Of a stretch of 64,000 bases of DNA, positions 39,101 through 48,815 are shown piece by piece (positions within the stretch are counted from its first letter, which is position 1; every line of letters starts with the position of its first letter). Source of the DNA: Setoptus koraiensis (Eukaryota; Animalia; Arthropoda); contig CM106586.1 of the NCBI GenBank assembly GCA_048013815.1, positions 5,208,001 to 5,272,000 of the forward strand, read 5' to 3'. A program made the translations under genes and the position numbers. The notes beneath the pieces were generated by a model. It saw only the letters and a program-made list of their open reading frames with translations, made no database searches and had not been told where the DNA came from.

Positions 39101-42100
39101 TTGATTTAGCCTGTTCTACTTTCGGCCTTATGATATCGAGTTGCATACTTAACTCTTTTGCTTGCTGTGATGTCTCATTATTTCTCTCCTCGTGCTCTCG
39201 TTTTGCTATTTTTAATTGGTCATGCTCTGTTTCCGCTTTCTTAACAGACCGGGTAATAGCTTCAACCAACAAATTTGCCTCATTCTCTTTCAACGATATA
39301 CTTCTTTCTTTTTCATTTGCACTTTCCTCTATCATAGATACACTTTTTTGAAACTGACGTAATTTTTCTGCGCCTATGAATAAATTTTTCGAGCGCTCCA
39401 TTAATCGCTTTTGATTAGTCAAATAATTGTGAGAAAAATCGCGCGAAAAGGATAAAAATCTTCTCAGGTCATAACGATACAACAATGGAAAGGTGTATTC
39501 GAGCCAATTTGTGTCGATGAATCTCTTCAATATGTCCCCTATTTTGTACGAGAGGACTCTTTTGTTTGCACATTCTTTACGGCAATTACCTAGCCTTGTT
39601 GAAGTGGTCTTATCAATTGTGTGATCTATGATCAGATCTAGATCGTTTTTCGTCAGTACGGTATCCATGTTTACAACACGTCCCACTGTTGACCACAATC
39701 TTAAATCGTTATAGCCTAATGTTTTGGATAAAAAGATCACCTTTATGTCCATGTATCTGAAAGGATTTGATTGAACCAAGCTGATCATCGTATATATATG
39801 TTCGAATAGCTCAACATCCAGACTCATTTGTATATGACTCAAAACTATCAATATTTTCTTAGACGACGGGTGGCCCCCAGGAGCTGGCGTGTTAACTTTT
39901 GACAATCGATGAATATCCCGGATTATATCTCCAATTTTCCGCTTTAATTCTGTGATACTAAGATAATCTCGAGCAGTCCAAACTTCAGAATAACCCAATT
40001 TGATAGCAATCGATCTAACAGCCATAGACCTTCCAGTACCGTAGCACTTCGAAGTGAGGGTGAGCACCTTGCAGCAGCCATTTCTGTTCGTTGAAAAAGA
40101 ATCCATATCAGTGAGAAAGCATTGGATTATCGAGTATATTCTCAGAAGTTGATCTGTCCAAACAATGTCATCAATTTTTACGACTGACTCATCGTGTTTT
40201 AGCCAGAGTTCTGTTGCTTCCTTGCAAAACTCTATGAATTTCTCACGAGACACATGCTCCATATTAGATGACTCTTCTTCCATGCTACACCACAGAAAAG
40301 TTTGGCAGGGTGTTTGAAAGTCTTTGCCGATGATATTAGCCATTATTCCCATAATATAAAGCTCATTGATCTCTGATATATTACTTGATCTTCTTATATC
40401 GGACAGAAAATTTTCTGCAAACTTTGAATGGTCCGGAAGAGCGCTGCTGATCTCTTTCATCGATCTTTCAATTGCGTTGAACACTTTTGAATAGTTGATT
40501 TCACCAAGCCTGTCTATCATTCCCATCAAATATTTAGTAATTTCTGTCGCACTCAACTCTGGATTCTTAATGTGGACCAGATTGAATTTACACAACAACC
40601 GTGGACTCAAATTAAGGGATTCAGTTGTACATATTATTTGCAGTCTTGGGATTGATATCCATGACAGATTTTCATTTACTTCATGTGAGTCATCAGATGT
40701 CGAAGTTGAATTTATCACTTTATGGTAACCTCCGTATGTCATCATAAATAACAATAGTTCAAGGAACGATCGGCTCATCCATTTATCGTCATAGTCTATG
40801 AGATCAATGTTGTTTGCAAAAATAATAAGTTTGCGTTCAACTTTGTTCATACCAACATCGTTCAAAATACTTGATAGCAAATTCACAAGTGAATTTGAAC
40901 TTGTTCCCCTCGAACAGTCAATTTTGATCAAGTAGGAGTCTATGTGGTTGAGATCATACAAGATCTGCTCTATGATTATCTCTTTATAAATTTGAACTGA
41001 TTTGCCTGTGAGAAGTATGTGCTCGTCTTGTTCGGTGAGAATCTTGCATAAACTAATTTGCTTGGTCAAGTGATCGGGAGGGTTTATCAGGCAAAATTGA
41101 TTTTGGTCAACCGTCGAATATCTCGCCTCTTGGTTGTATCCTTTGTGTTCGATCAAGTGGTGCATTGTGGCTTGTCTACGGGCTATCATTTTCATAGCGT
41201 TGGTAATAGAGAGTGGATCAGTTAATTTGTTTGTTAATCCATTACCAATAAAGTTATCCTTGAATATATTTTCAATCTGTTTTAAAGATTGGCCAATGTT
41301 CACGGTATTTATCCCCTCTATTCCTTCATCCCTGCTAAGAGCCAGCCTGGTGGTATCAAATTCATGATAGATTATTCCTAAGCGAGATATCGACGCAGGT
41401 GACACATATTTCAAGTCGATTGTTTCAAAAATCAATCTTACGTTAGGCTGAAAACGAAATCCCTGCATTCGAGCTTTGCATTCGAACGACTCATGATTAT
41501 TAGGACTCAGATCTATTCTTTCTCCTGACGCCAACGTAAGAACCTGATTATCATCAAGAATAGAGTTTAAGGACTCTATCCACTCAGGATCAATAGGACC
41601 ATCTAACACCAACCAAACTGAATTTCCTTTAAACGTCTTCTCATTGCATGAAGACGAATCATTCATGCAATTTACTGCATTTCTGACAGTATATGAGAAC
41701 AAGCCTTCAACCCATAGTTGTGTAGTCGGATCAATGTAACCAAACAATTCTTTCGGACTCAAACTCTTAGGATTTATGGTCTTAACTTGAACAAATTCGC
41801 GCAAACCGGCAGGAGACAGTGTTGATTCTTGATCATCATAGAAGCCAGAGATGGCCATGTTCAATGCCATTTGCAATATCTGCCATGTTGTGCTTTTACC
41901 GCTGCTTGTTGGTCCAACGACTAGTAAACCCATGTGAGCCTTCATTTGCTGATAAAGTTGCTCAACTTTTTCAGTTTGTTCGAAATTATCAACCAAATTC
42001 AGTTTCGAACATGCCCGTTTGATCAATTTTCTTCTATCTGATTCGAATGAAGAGTCTCCACATCCAGCATTAAAATTGTTATGCTTAATTTCTGCAAGTT

Positions 42101-45100
42101 CTCCAAATACATCAAGTAATGAGCGATTGAATTCTGAGATATCAGAGCCAACTAATTTAGGTTTAATAGTCTGCTTTATCACCTTCAAAAGCTGTAGTTC
42201 TATTTGATTAAGATTCTCAGATTTAGTATCAATAGAATCACTAACCTTGAGCTGACGTATTATGACCATTAGCGTGCGCTGACTCCAATCATAGTGTATC
42301 TGATGACTGATCATGTTTTGCACCTTCTCGAACCATAAAAGTAGTTTCGCTGAGATTTTCTCAGCGCTCACAACATCCAATCCTTTGCTCATAAGTGTCT
42401 TCGAGACGATCGGCCCTGGAGAGGTTTGCATCATAGATATCGGCATAAATAGTGACTTGAGGTTGCTTGGAAGTCGATTGCGACCCAAATATCGTTCACC
42501 GATAGGATTTAGAGTAATGAAAAAAGCCGAATTAAGATCAATACGACTTCTCTTGTACCTGTCCATCATAGAAGCACTTTCTTCGCCGGACATTGCTGGA
42601 TTCTTATATCTGCTACGTTCTAATTCGTTAGCCTCAACTTCATGTGACTTGGAAATCAAGAAATCAACTCGAAGGTACGGATTGTTGTCCTTTATGCACT
42701 GCTGAATCTCTTCAAGGGTTGAAGATAAGGATGACATAACATCTTTGCTCAGTCGATTGAATTCGTCCAAGCAACACCAGAATCCACTCTTGACCATGCC
42801 AATGATGATACGACTTAAAGAGAAGAAATCAACTGTTTCGTCACAGTTAAATACCAAAACATGGCGACCCAAGCATGCTCCCAAGGCTTTTATGGATTCA
42901 GTTTTGCCACTTCCAGCGGGTCCATAAGGATTTGTACCCATTTTGAATTGGCTGACAGCCTGAGTAGACACCAAGAAGCATCGATGAGTTGCAGCGTTTT
43001 CGATTAATTTTCGGCATTGTAATCTTGACTTGGTATTTGTCATCGATGATTGCTGCACGTTTAATGGCAACAAATCAAAGTTATATTCGAAAGAAGCGTC
43101 TAGCATTCTAACATAAACAGTGATATCGTTAGATTTCTCATCGATTTTAGAATAATAGCGCAGTTGTTTTTGCCATTCCCAATCTTCAATATCTTTCACT
43201 TGATTCTCTCTTAAAGACTTGCATATTGTTATGAAATGTACTATATCTAATGTGAGCGAATGCTTTTTGTACTCAAATAGCACAATATCACCAATTTCTG
43301 TCGAAGGTTTATTCATCTGTAGAAGCAACATTAAGCTATTGTGGTAGTCTTGTTCGAGGCGATCGAAAGTACAGTTAGCAATAGCTTGCTCCATTTTCGC
43401 GGAGAAAGTTATCCAGCTCGACAAACTTATAATTTGACACGGAAGAATAAGTAGAGGTGGCTGATGTTGCAAACTGTAAGCCTCCAAACCTACCCCAATA
43501 AGTTTCTTAAGAGTTAACGAGATTTCATTTTTGATAAGGTCTAGCAAATAACAAACTCTAAATCTGTGATCCAGCATATCTGTGGTGCCCTCTCTTTTCT
43601 CATCAATCATTATCCTGTTACGAAACTTTATGATCTCACCATGTACACTTCCGACACCAATGACGGATTTTGAACCTTCGTATTCGGGTGAATCAATAAG
43701 GAATTTATCAATAGAATTGTTGAAGATCTTTCTGATTAGTTGACTTGTTCTGCTACTATTTTGAACAAGTATAAAGTCTTCATCATCGGATAATATATAA
43801 ACAAGTTCTTCGTCACTCAAGAAATAGAATCGCGAAAAATTCTCTCTTACTCTCTCTAGAAGTATGTGCAGTTCTTTTTGAATATGATCCAAAAGTGATT
43901 CGATGGACAGCAGTTTTGGTTTGAGATTAGGCGCGTTTAGTAGTCTTGTGATGCTGAAATTAGTGGTGGCATCTTTGCTTACACGAGATTTTATCAACTG
44001 TGATCGCTTCAACGAATCACCGAAGCCGGCCAATGAATCCATGAGTTCACTGAACAACATCAGAGCTTGAGCGTATTTCGATCCACCCTCTTCTATAGTG
44101 CTGTACTTTTGCTTGGTGGCGGAAAATACTCTGAACGAATTAGTTCGTCGCGTTTTTGTTTTGGACAACTGTCTCTTGAATATAGGCAGCAAGGTGAGCA
44201 GTTTGGACTGTATTCGATTAATTAAGACCAAGTAAGCCTCTAGATCTTTACAAATAATTGACCATTTTTTCAACTCGTCGATTACGTCGTTAGACACTTC
44301 ATACGATGCGTTGTCATCATTCATTTCGGACCCTGCTGCCAATTTCAAACTCTTAAGAACAGACCGACAATGACTGATTTGTTCAAATACTTTCTTGAAG
44401 TCTTTTATGATCCTGAACTGGTAATCACTTTCCATGTCATGGCTCGTGAAGTAAATCACTGCAAGATGCGAACCGTGTACAAGTTGTTCTAATTTACTCA
44501 TCGATTCATTGATATCACTTTCCAAATTGACCTGCGAATTCAATTTGCTGATTAAATGTGAATTAGTTTTGATTTCGTTTATAGATTCCAGAAGGTTTCT
44601 CATTGTCATGGTTTTATAGTTAACTTTCTTGTTCATCTTTATTATCTCCAATAGTTGAGACCAATGTATATCATGAAAATTGTTGCCTCGACATTCCTGA
44701 AGCAATTCGATCTTAATTATCCATTGATCGATGGTTGTTCTTAATGGATCAAGCAAATCATTAACCTGAACTGACTTCAGAGAGTCTTTATTCGTCGTGA
44801 TATAACGATCTTTGTATTCATTGATGTATCGGATAACTTCAGCAATATTCTCGCGACCTTCGGATATCCAATTCATATCTAGATACTTTCGGAGACTCTC
44901 ATTCAGGTCCCGAATTAAGTCTGTCTGATAGCTCTGAGTCTTTATTTGTTTGCGCGCGAGAAAGAATTGCCAAAGTGTTGATTTAGCATCATGGTTGTTT
45001 TGTGCATCCAACCCTTTGTCGTATAGGAGGAGCATTCCAGGAGCAGGAATTCTAAAATATTCATACTCAGCTCGAACGATCATTAAACGATTATGTAATA

Positions 45101-47939
45101 GTTCGGACCGATCTGAGATATTTGCGATGTTAGTTGAGCCGGAATTTCGAAAATCTTGCATGAATTTATCAATATCTGCGAATATATCATCATGTTCTGT
45201 GCTAAGTTTTTCTTTAAATGAAAGCTTCATTCGATCCAATTTCCCTTCCATATCATCAAGCGTACCAAGGAATTGCCTGAAATCTATCTCGATCAAATTT
45301 TTAGTTTCGTCATCAATTACAAAAGATGATTCTTTAACGTTGACTAAACCCTTAAAAGCTTTCCTCCATCTATCAGTGGACTGCGTTTTCACTTCGATTG
45401 CACTTTTTGTAGATTTTACAATCTGTTTGGTCGGCAAGTCTTTATCTTGATGTTGGACGAGGTCGGAGATACTGTTGATTGTGGCACCATTGATGAAGGT
45501 ATCAAGTCTGAACAAATCCATGGTAGTTAATGGCTGTCTTAATATCTGTGTGGACATGGTCAGATAAGTTCGGAGTCGCTCATAATCACAGTGCACAGAA
45601 TATTCTAGATCATCTAAGACAAAGTGAATCAACTCTTCATACGATTTTTCAAGGAAATCTGACACATTTTGAATGTCTAAGTGGATATTCGGATTAGTTA
45701 GCAAACATTTACTAGTGTCCTGAAATTTTCTAGATTCCAACAATTTAGAATGGATGGCTAACAAGACTCTATCGTGTTTGTGATCATCACCAACAAATTC
45801 GCCTTCAAACAATCTGCTCAGTGATTCTAATTTTTGCTCCCTCGCTTTGATGTCTTCGTGGTTTGGTACATCAATTATGATTCTGGTCGCTTCGAGCTGG
45901 AGGCGAGCACTTCTCTCTAGTATGCTTGATATTTCAGCTATTTCCTCGAATACGAAGGATGTATTGCGTACCATCGTAGATGCAATCTCAGCAACGTCTA
46001 TCATTTGATCATCAGCACTATTGTCAATCCTTAATCTCATAATATCATCTACCGTGCTGAGTATTTTTGACTTGAAATGTGATCTGATCAGATCCTCGTT
46101 TGGTGTCACTGTGATGGTACAGGAATCGTCAGAAGTGAACAAAGTGAGGTTGATTCTATTCGAATCTACAGAGTCACCATCTGTAAGCGACGGGATAAGA
46201 ATAGGTCCGATATTTTCAAGTTGATTGATAATTATTGAATCTAATTGTGCGCGCCAGTTTTTCTTCCAAAGCCCACTGTGTTGTCGGATGGAGGGAATCT
46301 CGAAATTCTCTTCTATATTGGTCTTTACAAGAGCACAAATTGCTTCGAGCGCAGATTTCCATTGTGCCGAAATTCTCACAGATTCATCTATGATACGATT
46401 AACTTTAAGCACTTCGAATAGAGACTTCATCTTCTCATTAATTTCTAGCAAAAAATCGGCAAGTTGACGACAAGTTATCATTGTCTTGTCTAAACACTTG
46501 ATCCAATCGACCATATCTTTAGTTTTTCTAGCATTCTGCAACGAGGACTCACTGGGTTCTATCTGAACCTTACTACGATCATCCTCGAGAAAGCCATCAT
46601 AATCAAGCCATGTCAGGTTTTTTGATTGTGACAAACCAATAGTGGCTATCAATCTCTCGGCAGCATCCGCTAGAATTGGTTTGAGCGTGGGCTCATCCAT
46701 TTTCTCAGCCAGACTTTGACGATCATCTATGATTCTGTGCAAAGTGAAAGCCAGACCCAAATAAGGCGATATTGTTTGAACAAGGTCTTTAACATCATTG
46801 TCGATTTCGGTTGTTAGATTTAATCTCGTTAGCAAAGCGTAATCGTCTATGAACATGAATAGATTCTTATCGAAGGTAACATAAGCTGAAAGAGCGCGTG
46901 ATTGACTGTCGTTAGATAGCTTTGCGGCACACCTAATGCAGCAGTCCGATGGTTGGAAGTTTAGAGAGCCAACAAACTGCTTGATCCAACTATTCAGAAC
47001 TTTAATCTTATGCAAATGATGTTCATTTACAGTCACTTGCAGTTGATTGATTTTCTCTTCAACTATTTTGGGTGTTCTATCTGTGTCATCTGCTTTTGCG
47101 TTGTCATTTCTATCTTCAGTTGGATGTGTCGTAAAACGTCTCGTTCTGTATTCCTTGAATACCCATGAGACAGCCTGTTGAAGTGCGATCAATCTCTCTT
47201 GATTAGAGTGTATGATGTTGATTCTGATTACGTAATTGGAGTTGTGTTTGCTACTGCTCATTTTTGCACTACCCTGTGGTAGCGCCACTGTCGAAATGGC
47301 ATCATCATCATCATTGTGCCCTTCTGTTTCACAGAGAATATCGTATAGTTGATCAGCCCAATCAACAACATTATTCAAAAAGTTTGATCTCTCTGTATCG
47401 TTGAGCAAATTCACCAGATCTATTCCGTGTTTTAGTTCATAATCTTGAATACAATCTATTAATCGCAGTATGTACAAGACATTGGTCGTTTTGGGCTCAT
47501 TTTCTGTCAAAACAGTTGATCGAGGAGCAGTGGCCGCTGGGATGAGGCAGTCTTTGAGCCGACCGATGAGCTTGTGTCCGTCGTTTCTGTCTTTGAGAAT
47601 CTCATTCCGTCGACTCTGTTGGAGGTCAGATTGGCCAGAGCTGTTGATAAGAACTAGAGTCAACAATTCACTACCATTATAGCCTGCCGATTGAGCGTTT
47701 ATTTGTTGCTGCGGCTGGGGAGCCAGCTTGAGCACTAGTACGGAGTCTTCATCGATGCCATCAAGCTGATCTTGTTCAACCAGCTCTAGAAAGCGCTCAA
47801 GATTGTTTCGTTGTTTTTCCGACAAACTAGCCGCCAAATTGAACCGTCCACCTGATTGTTGTTTGTCCAGTTTTTGTTGTATAACGTCAACGATGCCTCG
47901 CGTAGCCGAGTGCGGGGTGGCCATCACCTCTTCTTGCAT
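36174..47939 (-). CDS. DYNC2H1: Cytoplasmic dynein-2 heavy chain, divergent and intronless, about 3921 aa from the first ATG
   Basis: One uninterrupted ORF; the first ATG is at 47939 (the ORF track starts at TTG 47969). Linker [10 protein letters not shown]; AAA1 [34 protein letters not shown], which is of dynein-2 type; AAA2 GPTSSGKST; stalk [40 protein letters not shown]; AAA6 [17 protein letters not shown]. Confidence 0.95.
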   Translation of the reverse strand: [3921 protein letters not shown]

Positions 47940-48535
47940 GATGCTATCTGATGTCGACGGGCGAGCCAACAGCTAACGAGCTATATAAGTAGCTTCAAGT
48001 GGCCCCGATGAAAAGCTGCTGGTTGAATGCGGTGCGATAACGTCAATGTTGGCAATATTATCTGGTCTTAGACGATTTGCAATAGTTGATGTGATCATAT
48101 TGTTGCGCTGTACAGACAACAATGACAACAAACAATTCGTCATTGGTTGCGAGGCAAACACGAGCTCTCTGCATAGCAACGTGAACAAGAGCCGGTCGAC
48201 ACGAACCATGTAACGTGTTACGTGATCCGTAATGGCCGCCATTGTGGGAGTGTGCTTGAGAATAAAGTGGCACCAGCACCGCAGCACGGCTGCAAACACA
48301 CGCACACACACACGTTGCGTTGCAATAGGAAGCGCGCGCGCGCCCTGCCATGCTACACACAGCAGGCGCTCCAATGGTTCAGTAGTTCGGCGGCGGCGGC
48401 CGCCGCTCGTTCTCTTGGGCCAATTCAACATTCGTTACTTGCTTGTCTGCCGCTGCCGATCGAATTTTTCGGTGGTTCGCAAATCTCACATTCACGACGC
48501 ATATACTATTGTTATTACAGTGACTATACGTGCAC

Positions 48536-48815
48536 CAGAGATGCGCATGGATATCCAAATGTGTACCCAATCCATAAGCGACTTTGCCGCCACGCCCCGG
48601 TCCCCTCCGTACCCAATATGCGAATGACGGACGGATGTCCACGGATACTGCGCAGAGCTGAAATATACCTGGATGATTATCAGATGTCCGCGACTTTTGC
48701 GCACACCAGCGATCCAGTTCGTGTCCGGTCCGCTCTGGATATGGTACATATCATGTGGAGCAGATTGGATATTTCGCGGATACCCGACGCATATGGATAT
48801 CCATGCGCATCCCTA
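48536..48815. mobile_element. hAT-like MITE (280 bp)
   Basis: TIRs CAGAGATGCGCATGGATATCC and rc TAGGGATGCGCATGGATATCC (19/21). Weak 8-bp TSD acgtgcac/acatgtag (5/8). Internal GGATA/CGGAT repeats. Confidence 0.8.

Noticed and set aside
37321-47682. Plus-strand ORFs (60-166 aa) inside the dynein gene
   Set aside because: Antisense shadows of a long CDS, with Ser/Leu/Ile-rich composition and no domains.
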